The notes beneath the pieces were generated by a model. It saw only the letters and a program-made list of their open reading frames with translations. It made no database searches and had not been told where the DNA came from. This document shows, in pieces, positions 21,260 to 31,080 of a stretch of 64,000 bases of DNA (position 1 is the first letter of the stretch; each line of letters begins with the position of its first letter). The translations under genes were made by a program, and so were the position numbers. Where the stretch lies: positions 42,562 through 106,561 of the forward strand of contig JANQOK010000020.1 of the NCBI GenBank assembly GCA_028289645.1, written 5' to 3'. Origin of the DNA: Anderseniella sp. GTDB lineage: Bacteria; Pseudomonadota; Alphaproteobacteria; Rhizobiales; Aestuariivirgaceae.

Positions 21260-21877
21260 ATGACCGGTTCGAACACCATATCCACCGTTTGCAGCAACCG
21301 CGCGATTGCGTGTGGTGTTTTCTGGTTGGCGTTGGCAGTTCAGTCCGCACCCGGCGCGGCTTCATTCACGGCCAGTTTCCAGCCTTGCGTTCTTCCGTCT
21401 GTTGCCGTGGGCAGCGACGGCGTGCTGGCCCGGTGTGAGGTCGAGTTTGCCGGACGTCCAGGTTCGGTCGAGCTGGTGGGACAGGCCCCGAACCACGTGC
21501 GCGAGGCGGTCTTCCGGAATGAAGGCAATCAAGTCATCCAGCGCATCGCGGTTTCAGCAAGACCGTTCATCGATCCGGAAAATGTATCGATCATCGTGCG
21601 TGACATGAATTTCGACGGCTGGCCGGATTTCGGACTGCGAGACTTTGCCCGCACCGGTGCCAATGAGCCGTGGCAGTTCTGGTTGTGGGAAGCAGCCCGA
21701 AGCAGGTTTGTGTTTCATTCCGCACTCAGCAGACTCCCCAATCCGGAAGTCAGCAAGGCGTCCAAGGTGGTGCGGGCCCATGTCGTGGACGATGACAGCA
21801 ATGTAACAACCATTACCTACAAGTGGTACCAGGGAGAACTTGTGGAGCAGGGGGCTGAGCGTGAAACCGCCCGCTAG
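21260..21877 (+). CDS. Exported hypothetical protein with a DxNFDGxxD motif (XAC2610-like)
   Basis: [10 protein letters not shown]....FWLW.....F....LSRLPNP; hydrophobic N-terminus. Confidence 0.6.
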   Translation: MTGSNTISTVCSNRAIACGVFWLALAVQSAPGAASFTASFQPCVLPSVAVGSDGVLARCEVEFAGRPGSVELVGQAPNHVREAVFRNEGNQVIQRIAVSARPFIDPENVSIIVRDMNFDGWPDFGLRDFARTGANEPWQFWLWEAARSRFVFHSALSRLPNPEVSKASKVVRAHVVDDDSNVTTITYKWYQGELVEQGAERETAR

Positions 21878-21892
21878 CAGTTACGGCTGAAC

Positions 21893-22645
21893 TCAAAGTG
21901 CGCTTTCGTCCTGTTTGGTGCACGGCCAGGGGTTTGGTGCTTCAACGCCGGGCGGCAGTTTCGTGGAACTGTCCCCGCAGGCAATGGCGACCTGGGCACT
22001 GGTCAGACCCTTTACGCCGGACAGGTCGGCGCCAGCCAGGCTGCTGCGGTAGAGGTAGGCATTGGTCCAGTTCGACCCGGCCAGCTTGGCGTTCCGGAAC
22101 GAGGCCCTGGCGACGATTGCGTAGGTAAAATCGATGCCGGTCAGATCGGCATTGTCAAAATTGCTGCGGATGACATCGGACTTTTCCAGTGACGCCCCAC
22201 TCATGTTTGCACCAGTGAACTGGGCGCGCGGCAGGCTGGCCCGCGACAGATTTGCATTGGTCAGGTTGGCGCCGCTCAAATCTGCGCGGAACAGTTCTAT
22301 CGCCTGCATCCTGGCACTGGTCAGGTCGGCACCGGCAAGTACGGTGCGATTGCCAGCGGTTTTCACCATCGATGCTTCCTTGAGGGAGGCACCTTTCAGT
22401 GAGGTATAGCTCAGGTCGGCATTGTCCAGTGTTGCCCCGTTCAGGCTCGCGCCGCCAAGGTCGGTGCTGGTCAGATTGCTGCCGTCAAGCTTGGCTCCGT
22501 CCAGCGCAGCCGACCCCAACATCAGGAGTTTTTTCGAACAACCAGACCAGTCAACGCCGGATGCAGCATGATCCTTGCAGCCGGCCTGTGCAGTCGCCGG
22601 GGCAATGCCAAGCAGCATAGCGGCTATCAGAGCAGCCAACTTCAT
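21893..22645 (-). CDS. Secreted pentapeptide repeat protein
   Basis: Signal peptide; long A(D/N)LxGA-type pentapeptide array; terminal Cys-containing caps. Confidence 0.92.
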   Translation of the reverse strand: MKLAALIAAMLLGIAPATAQAGCKDHAASGVDWSGCSKKLLMLGSAALDGAKLDGSNLTSTDLGGASLNGATLDNADLSYTSLKGASLKEASMVKTAGNRTVLAGADLTSARMQAIELFRADLSGANLTNANLSRASLPRAQFTGANMSGASLEKSDVIRSNFDNADLTGIDFTYAIVARASFRNAKLAGSNWTNAYLYRSSLAGADLSGVKGLTSAQVAIACGDSSTKLPPGVEAPNPWPCTKQDESAL

Positions 22646-22690
22646 TGAGAACGCCTCCCGTAATTCCTTGTCGCCTTCAGGTCTGATTCC

Positions 22691-24001
22691 TCACACCTGT
22701 ATAGCGGTAGACTTCCAGTGCTTTGGGGCGAAAACACGGACAGGCTCAACAATTCCTTTCAATTCATGGTGACCAATGTCGTCCAGCGGAATCTCAAGCA
22801 GCTCGCCAACCTGTTGCGACATGACGACAGGCCGCAACACGCGTTTGGTCAGTGCCTCCAGCCGGGCTGCTTCGTTGACGGCGCTGCCGATCACCGTGAA
22901 GTCCAGTCTGTCCTGGCCGCCGACGTTGCCGAAGAACACCTCGCCGATATGCATGGCGATGCCGCAACGGATCGGAGTCCATCCGTTCAGACTGCGAACG
23001 TCCTCGCACGGATTGGCATTGTAGGCTTCGACATTTCTCAATGCCCCATCGGCAGCGGCCATGGCAGCCCGTGCGGCGTCTGCGGCTGTGTGGGCACATT
23101 CGAACGGAAACACAGCCAGCACACCGTCGCCCAGAAACTTGAGCACATCGCCGCCATTGCCGGTCACGGCGCCGACCACCTGTTCGAAGAAGCCGTTCAG
23201 GATCCGGTTAACCTGTGGGCCGGAGTATTTTTCTGTCAGTTCGGTGAAGCCGCGCATGTCGGCAAACCAGATCACAGCCTCGATGGCGTTGCCGTCGCCG
23301 CGGCTGATCGAGCCCTCCAGCACCTGCTTGCCGGCACTGTGGCCAAGATAGACGTTGAGCACATTCTCCGCGACACGCCGCGCGGTATGGCGATGGACAT
23401 GCAGGGCCAGGTACCTGAGTACCCGGTCAAGCTGTACCTGCTGCTGCTTGGTAAATCCGCCTTCCTCGGTCGTAGCGATTGTGACCGCATCAAAACGATT
23501 GGCACCGATGCGCTTGGGCATTGGCAGAACCGCGTAGTGTTTGATGCCTTGCTCGGCGAGTTCAGCCGCGATCGGATACATGGCTTGGGTTTCTGTATCG
23601 CGGACATCCAGGAACAGAGACTGACCGTCTTCGATGGCTGGCCGCAGCGGACTGCGCATGTATGCTTCCGACTGTGCTGACATAGCCTTGATGACGATCT
23701 CGTCGCACAGTCCGTCAAGCTTGCTCCAGCTCCAGCCAAAGCCGGTCAGTTGCGGATGCAGCGTGCCCACGTGGATGGTGGCGCGCACCACCGGCAGCCC
23801 GGCTGCAACCATGCGCCAGGCGAGCGACTCCGTCAGCGACAGCATGTCGGTTTCGTTGATGGCATCCCCTAAAAGCCAGTCCTCAAGGTCTGAAATGGAG
23901 GATGTTGTTCCGGCTGCGGCCTCGCCGCGGTTGCCGCGGCCCAGCAAGTGAACAAAGTCAGGATACGACCTTGGTGCCGGATCGAGATAAATTGGTGGCA
24001 T
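22691..24001 (-). CDS. Class III adenylate/guanylate cyclase with N-terminal GAF-like region
   Basis: FADMRGFT, KFLGDG, GNVG...RLDFTVIG.AVNEAARLE. Confidence 0.92.
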   Translation of the reverse strand: MPPIYLDPAPRSYPDFVHLLGRGNRGEAAAGTTSSISDLEDWLLGDAINETDMLSLTESLAWRMVAAGLPVVRATIHVGTLHPQLTGFGWSWSKLDGLCDEIVIKAMSAQSEAYMRSPLRPAIEDGQSLFLDVRDTETQAMYPIAAELAEQGIKHYAVLPMPKRIGANRFDAVTIATTEEGGFTKQQQVQLDRVLRYLALHVHRHTARRVAENVLNVYLGHSAGKQVLEGSISRGDGNAIEAVIWFADMRGFTELTEKYSGPQVNRILNGFFEQVVGAVTGNGGDVLKFLGDGVLAVFPFECAHTAADAARAAMAAADGALRNVEAYNANPCEDVRSLNGWTPIRCGIAMHIGEVFFGNVGGQDRLDFTVIGSAVNEAARLEALTKRVLRPVVMSQQVGELLEIPLDDIGHHELKGIVEPVRVFAPKHWKSTAIQV

Positions 24002-24150
24002 AGAGTATTCCCATGGATCGTGCGGCCAGAATGTCCGCACCAGACGACTTATATAGGATTGTTTTCGCCAGTTTCCATGCCGCCGGGTCGAACAAACTGT
24101 TGCACCGGTCAAACGTGTCAGTTCTACCGGACAAGGTAAGGATCGACACT

Positions 24151-25488
24151 CTAGTTGGACAAAAACTTCTCCAGCCAGTGGATGTCATATTCGCCGTCAA
24201 TGATGTCAGTCTCGCCAAGCAGGCGTTGAAACAGCGGAATCGTTGTGTCGATTCCCTCAATGACATATTCGCCGAGCGCGCGCCTCAGCCGCATCAGGCA
24301 TTCATTGCGGTCCCGGCCGTGCACAATCAGCTTGCCGATCAGGCTGTCATAGTAAGGCGGAATCGAGTAGCCGGCATAGATGCCCGAGTCCACGCGAACA
24401 CCGAGGCCTCCCGGCTGGTGCACGCCAACCACGCGGCCGGGAGAAGGCGCAAAGGTCTCCGCGTTCTCCGCGTTTATCCGGCATTCGATGGCATGGCCGG
24501 AAAAATGGATGTCTTCCTGTTTGAAACCGAGTGTGGCTCCAGATGCCACGCGCAATTGCTCCTGCACAAGATCCAGGCCAGTGATGGCCTCTGTCACCGG
24601 GTGTTCAACCTGCAGCCTGGTATTCATCTCGATGAAGAAGAACTCACCATCCTCATACAGGAACTCAACGGTGCCGGCTCCGGAATACTTCATCTCCGCC
24701 ATCGCATTGGAGCAGATTTCACCGATTTCCTTGCGTTGTGCCGCATTCAGGGCTGGCGACAGGGCTTCTTCCCAGACCTTCTGATGGCGGCGCTGCAGCG
24801 AACAGTCGCGCTCGCCCAGATACACGGCATTGCCTTTTCCATCGCCGAACACCTGTATTTCGATATGGCGGGGTGTGCCCAGGTAACGTTCTATATAGAC
24901 GGCATCGTCGCCAAAGTTGGCTTTTGCCTCGGTCTGGGCGGTCGACAGGGCGGTATCGATTTCGTCTTCGGATTGCGCCACCTTCATGCCGCGCCCACCA
25001 CCGCCGGCAGCCGCCTTGATCAGGACCGGGTAGCCGATGTCCTTGGCCACCCGTCGGGCCTCTTCAAACCCTGAAACACCGCCATCCGAACCTGGCACCA
25101 CCGGAATTCCGAGCTTCTGAGCGGTGAGCTTGGCTTCAATCTTGTCGCCCATGACCGAGATGTGTTCGGCGGACGGACCGATGAAAGCGATGTCGTGCTC
25201 TTCGAGAATCTTGGCAAATCGCGCGTTTTCCGACAGGAAGCCGTAACCGGGATGCACGGCGTCGGCACCGGTGATTTCGCACGCAGCCACAATGGCGGGT
25301 ATGTTGAGATAACTGTCCGTTGCCGATGGCGGACCGATGCACACACTCTCGTCAGCCAGGCGTACATGCATGGCCGTTGCATCGGCGGTGGAATGAACGG
25401 CGACCGTCTGCACGCCCAATTCGCGGCACGCGCGCAGTACACGAAGCGCGATTTCACCACGGTTGGCTATCAGGACTTTTTCAAACAT
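24151..25488 (-). CDS. accC: Acetyl-CoA carboxylase biotin carboxylase subunit
   Basis: IANRGEIA, HPGYGFLSEN, GGGGRGM, RDCSLQRRHQK, EMNTRLQVEHPVTE. Confidence 0.97.
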   Translation of the reverse strand: MFEKVLIANRGEIALRVLRACRELGVQTVAVHSTADATAMHVRLADESVCIGPPSATDSYLNIPAIVAACEITGADAVHPGYGFLSENARFAKILEEHDIAFIGPSAEHISVMGDKIEAKLTAQKLGIPVVPGSDGGVSGFEEARRVAKDIGYPVLIKAAAGGGGRGMKVAQSEDEIDTALSTAQTEAKANFGDDAVYIERYLGTPRHIEIQVFGDGKGNAVYLGERDCSLQRRHQKVWEEALSPALNAAQRKEIGEICSNAMAEMKYSGAGTVEFLYEDGEFFFIEMNTRLQVEHPVTEAITGLDLVQEQLRVASGATLGFKQEDIHFSGHAIECRINAENAETFAPSPGRVVGVHQPGGLGVRVDSGIYAGYSIPPYYDSLIGKLIVHGRDRNECLMRLRRALGEYVIEGIDTTIPLFQRLLGETDIIDGEYDIHWLEKFLSN

Positions 25489-25539
25489 CGGGATCGGGCC
25501 TTACGGGCGGTCTCAATACGGGGGCGAAAAGGGGTAGGT

Positions 25540-26007
25540 TTACTCAATCACCATAAGAGGTTCGTCATATTCGACCGGATCGCCATTGTTGACGAGGATC
25601 GCTGTCACGGTTCCGCTGTGCGGCGCCGGAATCTGGTTCATGGTCTTCATTGCTTCGATGATCATGATCGGCTGCCCGGCCTTGACCTGGCTGCCAACCT
25701 GAACAAACGGCGCCGCTTCCGGCGCCGGTGACATATAGGCTGTGCCGACCATCGGAGAATTCACCGTTCCTGCGGATTTTGCAGCCGGTGCAGGAGCAGC
25801 TTCCGGTGCCGGAGTGCTGGCGACACTTGGCGCAGGTGCCTGCACCACCGGCGCGGGCGCTGCCGCATAACTTGCCGAAATCTCGCGCGCAACCCGGATC
25901 TTCAGTCCGTCCTGCTCGACCTCGATTTCACTCAAGCCTGTGTCGGTCAGGATTTCGGCAAGCTGGCGTATCTGGTCGTTGTCGAATGTCTTGTTGTCCT
26001 TGGCCAT
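25540..26007 (-). CDS. accB: Biotin carboxyl carrier protein
   Basis: SPMVGT, EAMKTMN biotinylation motif, Ala/Pro linker. Confidence 0.97.
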   Translation of the reverse strand: MAKDNKTFDNDQIRQLAEILTDTGLSEIEVEQDGLKIRVAREISASYAAAPAPVVQAPAPSVASTPAPEAAPAPAAKSAGTVNSPMVGTAYMSPAPEAAPFVQVGSQVKAGQPIMIIEAMKTMNQIPAPHSGTVTAILVNNGDPVEYDEPLMVIE

Positions 26008-26030
26008 GTTCGATTCCGGTATCCTGTGAT

Positions 26031-26486
26031 TCAGGTTTTTTCAGTTCTTGTCGTGGCGATGTGTCTTGCCGCGTCGATTGCCATCACATAGCCATACGCG
26101 CCAAAGCCGCACATGACCCCGTCCGCAACGCTGGAGATGAAGCTCTTATGCCGGAAGCTCTCGCGCTTGTACACATTGGAAAGATGCAGTTCGACAACAG
26201 GCAGGCCGCTTGCCTTGAGCGCGTCGTGCAGGGCAACAGACGTATGGGTGTAGGCTGCAGCATTGATGACAATTGCGATGGCAGTGTCCTTTGCCTGTTG
26301 AACCCAATTCACCAGTTCGCCTTCGACGTTGGACTGGCGAAAGTCCACAGCAACGCCGATTTTTTCTGCGTGCGCGCGGCAACTGGCCTCAATGTCGGAC
26401 AGTGTCGTTGCGCCATAAATGTCAGGTTCACGTGTGCCGAGCAGGTTCAGGTTCGGACCGTTGAGTATCACAATCGTGTCGGGCAA
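26031..26486 (-). CDS. aroQ: Type II 3-dehydroquinate dehydratase
   Basis: [45 protein letters not shown]; TTG start. Confidence 0.95.
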   Translation of the reverse strand: MPDTIVILNGPNLNLLGTREPDIYGATTLSDIEASCRAHAEKIGVAVDFRQSNVEGELVNWVQQAKDTAIAIVINAAAYTHTSVALHDALKASGLPVVELHLSNVYKRESFRHKSFISSVADGVMCGFGAYGYVMAIDAARHIATTRTEKT

Positions 26487-26697
26487 CAGGGATCATCTCC
26501 AATTGGGGCAGGCTGGCGGGGTCGCTGCAGGCACATGCTGACTTCCGTATTTTGTCGTACCCCGGTCTTGCCACAAAAACAGCGTCCGGCCAAGCACACG
26601 CACCCGACAGGCTGTGGATGAGATTTGCCGGTTCCGCGCCGCAGGTAACGACAAAGCGGTCAAACGAAATGTGCGCTGTTTGTGCGCTCCCGCCCGA

Positions 26698-27477
26698 TCA
26701 GCAGTACTGGCAACCGCCCTTGTCGCGCACGATTTTCACGCTGGTGGCGAGTTGATCGTAAGGCATGGCGCCGGGCACCAGGTTGTCGTCAATCACAAAT
26801 GCCGGCGTACCATTGATGCCAAGCGCCTGTGCCAGCGCACGGTTGTCATTGATGTTCTTCTCAATCGCTTCGGCATCCTCGGTCATGTCAGCCTTGAGTT
26901 TTGCTACGTCAAGACCGGTCTCTGCTGCGATCGACATCACCTTCTCTTCGGTGTCGATATTGCCGCTGGCTGCCATCAGGGCAAGATGGAACTCCCAGTA
27001 TTTGCCCTGTTTTTTCGACGCGATCGCGGCTCGCGAGGCGATAATCGAGCCTTCTGACAGAATCGGGAATTCTTTCATGACAATCCGCAGGTCCTTGTCT
27101 TCCTCGGTGAAACGGAGCACGTCGGCAACGGACCGCTTGCAGAAACCGCAATTGTAGTCGAAGAACTCGACCATGGTGACGCTGCCATTGGGATTCCCGA
27201 CAACGACATCGTTCTCGTTGCGGAACAGCTCCTTGGCGTTGCTGGCGATGGCTTCGCGGGCCTGTTTGTCCTGCTGATCACGCTCGGCTGCCTGCAGCTT
27301 GGCTATCATCTCATTCAGAATTTCCGGGTTCTCCAGCAGGTAGTCGCGGATGATGTTGTGCATCTCATTGGTTTGTGCCTTTGAGAAAGTCTCCTGCGCA
27401 GACGCTTTCAGCGGCAACAGGGCACTGCCTGCCGCAAGAGCAACCGCCACCAGGCTGGCTGTGAATTTGATGCGCAT
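26698..27477 (-). CDS. DsbA-family (Com1-like) thiol-disulfide oxidoreductase
   Basis: Signal peptide; YLLENPEIL; EFFDYNCGFCK; GINGTPAF. Confidence 0.92.
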   Translation of the reverse strand: MRIKFTASLVAVALAAGSALLPLKASAQETFSKAQTNEMHNIIRDYLLENPEILNEMIAKLQAAERDQQDKQAREAIASNAKELFRNENDVVVGNPNGSVTMVEFFDYNCGFCKRSVADVLRFTEEDKDLRIVMKEFPILSEGSIIASRAAIASKKQGKYWEFHLALMAASGNIDTEEKVMSIAAETGLDVAKLKADMTEDAEAIEKNINDNRALAQALGINGTPAFVIDDNLVPGAMPYDQLATSVKIVRDKGGCQYC

Positions 27478-27559
27478 GAAATTGAACTCCTGTTGTGTCC
27501 AGGCTGGACGGGATGTGATTGGAGGAAAGCTTATACTGTTTTCCCGGAAAAATTCATCT

Positions 27560-28939
27560 TCAACTTTTCTTTTTTTTCAATGCGTTGAGTATGTCTGTTG
27601 CCCTGATCCACACAGTAGACCCGGATTTTGCCCGGCGTTTGGCGCCTTCAGCCTTTCTTTTGGCCAGTTTCTTGTCGCCGCGCAGCATGGCACTTTCCGC
27701 CGTAGATAGTTCGGCGCGCGCGTAATCGCCCAAAATGCCGTGCGCCCGCGCCTTGTGCAAATGCAAGGAGCCCGACTCGACTTCATACCGCTGAGCTTTT
27801 GACAACACCGCCAACGCCTCGCGGGCAGCATCCTTCGTCCCGGCGGCGAGCAGTGCCTGGGCCAGCAGAATACTGATCAAGCCGCTCTTCGGATACAGTT
27901 TCTGAGCCTGCCGCAGTGGCGCCACTGCTTCGGTCGGAAAGCCCTTCTCCAGCAATGCCTGGCCCTTGAGTTCCCAGAAATACGGGTTCTTCGGTATTTG
28001 CGCGATCAGCCTGTCTATGGCCGGAATTGCCGTTTGCAGATCGCCCACCCTGTAGGCGGCGATCGCACGGGCATATTGCGCCGGAATGGATCGGTCTGAA
28101 GTCGGGTAGGAGTTGTAGACCGACTGTGCTGTCCGGGTGAAGCCGGCCAGTTTGGCCTGCGCCATCTTGTGGCGGAACACCAGATAGTCCTTGTCTTTCT
28201 TGTTGTAGTGCTTGGACGCCCGCACGCGGTTTTCCAGAACACGAATGCGCTGCAGCGGCAGCGGGTGGGACACTGCATAGGGGTCTATGTACTGCACCGA
28301 GGCGATGGATTGATTGTAAAGCTTCTGAAACAGTTCCAGCATGCCACGGCCCGATTGTCCGGAGGCGTTCAGGTAACGCAAGGCGCCTTCATCGGCTGCT
28401 GCCTCCTGGGCGCGCACATAGGTCAGCAGGTTGCGTTTGGCAAATTCCGCGCCACTTGCCACCAGCGCACCAGTTGCGCCACCGCTGGACGCCGCACCTG
28501 CCCGAGATGCGCCGATCGCGGCCGCGGCACCGAGCAATGTGCCAATGATGACCTGGTTCGATGCTTTGTCCAGCTGGACACCAAGCCGGGCGAGGTGGCC
28601 TTCCGCCACGTGGGCCGTTTCATGCGCCAGCACGCCAATCACCTGGTTTGGCGTACTGGCCTGTTCGATCAGTCCCGTATGAATGAAAATGCGCTGGCCG
28701 CCTGCGACGAACGCGTTGATGCGGCTGTCTTGGACGAGGTAGATATTGACGGCTCCGCGGGGGATGCCGGCGGCCTTGAAGATCGGCTTCAGATAGCGCC
28801 GCATCAGTTCTTCGATTTCCGCGTCGCGGATCAGCCGTGGACTGTTGCCGCGCTGTTGCGCAAACGATGGCAGGCTTGCCTGCGCCAGCATGGCGGCAGC
28901 CAGTGTCAGGATCCCGATCGTATGCAATAACCTATGCAT
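27560..28939 (-). CDS. M48 family metalloprotease with TPR (BepA-like)
   Basis: INAF, VLAHETAH, QEAAAD, SHP; C-terminal TPR. Confidence 0.92.
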   Translation of the reverse strand: MHRLLHTIGILTLAAAMLAQASLPSFAQQRGNSPRLIRDAEIEELMRRYLKPIFKAAGIPRGAVNIYLVQDSRINAFVAGGQRIFIHTGLIEQASTPNQVIGVLAHETAHVAEGHLARLGVQLDKASNQVIIGTLLGAAAAIGASRAGAASSGGATGALVASGAEFAKRNLLTYVRAQEAAADEGALRYLNASGQSGRGMLELFQKLYNQSIASVQYIDPYAVSHPLPLQRIRVLENRVRASKHYNKKDKDYLVFRHKMAQAKLAGFTRTAQSVYNSYPTSDRSIPAQYARAIAAYRVGDLQTAIPAIDRLIAQIPKNPYFWELKGQALLEKGFPTEAVAPLRQAQKLYPKSGLISILLAQALLAAGTKDAAREALAVLSKAQRYEVESGSLHLHKARAHGILGDYARAELSTAESAMLRGDKKLAKRKAEGAKRRAKSGSTVWIRATDILNALKKKKS

Positions 28940-29174
28940 CAGCGTGCTACAGTTATCCTCTTGTGCAACCGGCTGAATGGTGCCGCAACAATATTGAAAC
29001 GCGTATCTGAATCAGCCGGATTTGTATCGAACATTACGGCAAAAGCATGGGTGAGGCGATGAGGTGCAGGGTCACAGAGCCGTGAGCGGTTTTGTTGTCA
29101 CCAGGTTTGCACAGACCATTGCATCTGGTAGGTAGAGGCAGCTTTCAGCCTCCATCTCAGCGATTCCGGGTACA

Positions 29175-30338
29175 ATGTCTCCTTCATCTTCCAAACGGGC
29201 TTCTCTTGTTCAGCCGTTTATTGTCATGGACATGTTTCGTGAGGCCAACGCGCTGGCCGCTGTCGGTCACGACGTGGTGCATATGTCGGCAGGACAACCG
29301 GCCGGCGGACCGCCTCAGAAAGTTGTGGAGGCTGCAAGGGACGCCTTGAACGGGGCCTATATGGGCTACACCAACTCGCTCGGGCTGCCGGCGCTGCGCG
29401 AACGCATCGCGCAACACTATGACGAGGCCTATGGTGTCGATGTCGACCCGGCTCGGGTCGTGGTGACAACCGGTTCGTCAGGCGCTTTTGTGCTCAGTTT
29501 TCTGGCCTGTTTTGACCAGGGTGACAAGGTGGGCCTGACAGTGCCTGGCTATCCTGCATATTCCAACATCCTGACAGCGCTTGATATCGCCATTGCGGAC
29601 ATAGAGGTCGACGCCCGCCATCGTTGGGCGCCGACGTCAGAGCAGATTGCCGTTGCGTGCGAAAACGGGCTGTCAGGCCTGTTGCTGGCAAGCCCCGCGA
29701 ACCCGACCGGGACCATGGTCACGCCTGAAAACCTGGCAGACATTTCCCGCACCTGCGCCAGCAAGGACATCTGGTTCATTTCCGATGAAATTTATCACGG
29801 CCTGAACTATGAAATGCCGCAGGCAACGGCGCTGACCAGCAACGCCGACGCCGTGATCATCAACTCGTTCTCAAAGTACTATTGCATGACCGGTTGGCGT
29901 ATCGGCTGGATGATCGTGCCTGGAAACCTCGTTCGCCAGGCGGAGTGCCTGGCCCAGAGCCTGTTCATTTCGCCGCCGACGCTGTCGCAATACGCCGCTA
30001 TGGCGGCGTTCGACGCAACCGAGGAACTGGAGCAGCGCAAGGCGGAGTATCGCGAAAACCGCGACTTCCTGTTGCGGGAGTTGCCTGGGTTGGGGCTTGG
30101 CAACCTGTCGCCGGCAGACGGGGCGTTTTACCTTTACGCCGACGTTGCGAACCTGACCAATGACAGTTTTGCGTTTGCCCAGGCGATGCTCAAGGAAGCC
30201 CACGTCGCCGCATCACCCGGGGCTGACTTCGATGCTGAGCGCGGCAACAGGTTCCTGCGTTTGTCATTTGCCGGTTCCATGGAGCACATGCAAAAAGCTG
30301 TTGAGCGTCTGTCGCGCTGGCTGCCGAAATCCGGCTAG
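29175..30338 (+). CDS. Class I/II PLP-dependent aminotransferase
   Basis: ASPANPTG, SDEIYHGL, NSFSKYYCMTGWRIGW, GAFYLY. Confidence 0.93.
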   Translation: MSPSSSKRASLVQPFIVMDMFREANALAAVGHDVVHMSAGQPAGGPPQKVVEAARDALNGAYMGYTNSLGLPALRERIAQHYDEAYGVDVDPARVVVTTGSSGAFVLSFLACFDQGDKVGLTVPGYPAYSNILTALDIAIADIEVDARHRWAPTSEQIAVACENGLSGLLLASPANPTGTMVTPENLADISRTCASKDIWFISDEIYHGLNYEMPQATALTSNADAVIINSFSKYYCMTGWRIGWMIVPGNLVRQAECLAQSLFISPPTLSQYAAMAAFDATEELEQRKAEYRENRDFLLRELPGLGLGNLSPADGAFYLYADVANLTNDSFAFAQAMLKEAHVAASPGADFDAERGNRFLRLSFAGSMEHMQKAVERLSRWLPKSG

Positions 30339-30356
30339 CGCTCTACGGGCTTGACC

Positions 30357-30986
30357 CTAGTTGATACTGGTAACGATGTTGGAGCGTTCATCGACCAGTT
30401 GTTTGCCTGATTTGTATATGTCCTTGCCTGCCCATTGTTCCTCAAGCCGGCTGCGCCAGTCGGCGTCCATGGGAGAATTGACAAAGTATTTGCTGAAGAA
30501 GCGCTGTGTCAGGGCTCTGCGCTCGAATGAAAACCCTTTTGCCTCGCTGCCATCGTCATAGAAACGCTTCGGTTCATGGAACATGAAGCGGGCGTCTGCC
30601 GCAGCGATGCGCCTGCGGCCCTGCAGGAAAATAGGCACGCACATGGACATGCAGATGTCCCTGGACGCGACATAGGTGTCGAGAGTGTGAGTGCGTTTGA
30701 TACGTTGCAGCAGTTCAACGACATCACCACCCTCGCGCACCGAACCGCCTGGTGAATTCAACCGCAGGACAAAGCGCTGCGTCTTGTCGCGCCAGGCCTC
30801 GAATGCGCGCGACAACATGGTGTGCATGGGCAACTCGACTTGGCCGCTCCAGGCCAGAACCACGCTGTTACCGGCCTGGTACACATCGAGTTGTCCGGTG
30901 TCAGCGTGCTTCTGCTCATAAAGCCGCCATCCCAACAGCATAGCGACCACCACCAGCCCAATCAGTACAAGCCGGTTGGGTTTCAT
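30357..30986 (-). CDS. Membrane-anchored ClpP/crotonase-fold protein
   Basis: N-terminal TM; LRLNSPGGSV, ICMSMC, FMFHEP resemble ClpP-fold signatures. Confidence 0.7.
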   Translation of the reverse strand: MKPNRLVLIGLVVVAMLLGWRLYEQKHADTGQLDVYQAGNSVVLAWSGQVELPMHTMLSRAFEAWRDKTQRFVLRLNSPGGSVREGGDVVELLQRIKRTHTLDTYVASRDICMSMCVPIFLQGRRRIAAADARFMFHEPKRFYDDGSEAKGFSFERRALTQRFFSKYFVNSPMDADWRSRLEEQWAGKDIYKSGKQLVDERSNIVTSIN

Positions 30987-31080
30987 GGCAGTAGTCGCTC
31001 ATTCCGGCGGCCGTTGCAGCCGGCGGGAGTGATTTCAGGCATACGTGGCCAGAAATCACCCGAACCGGATCGTGTCGGTG

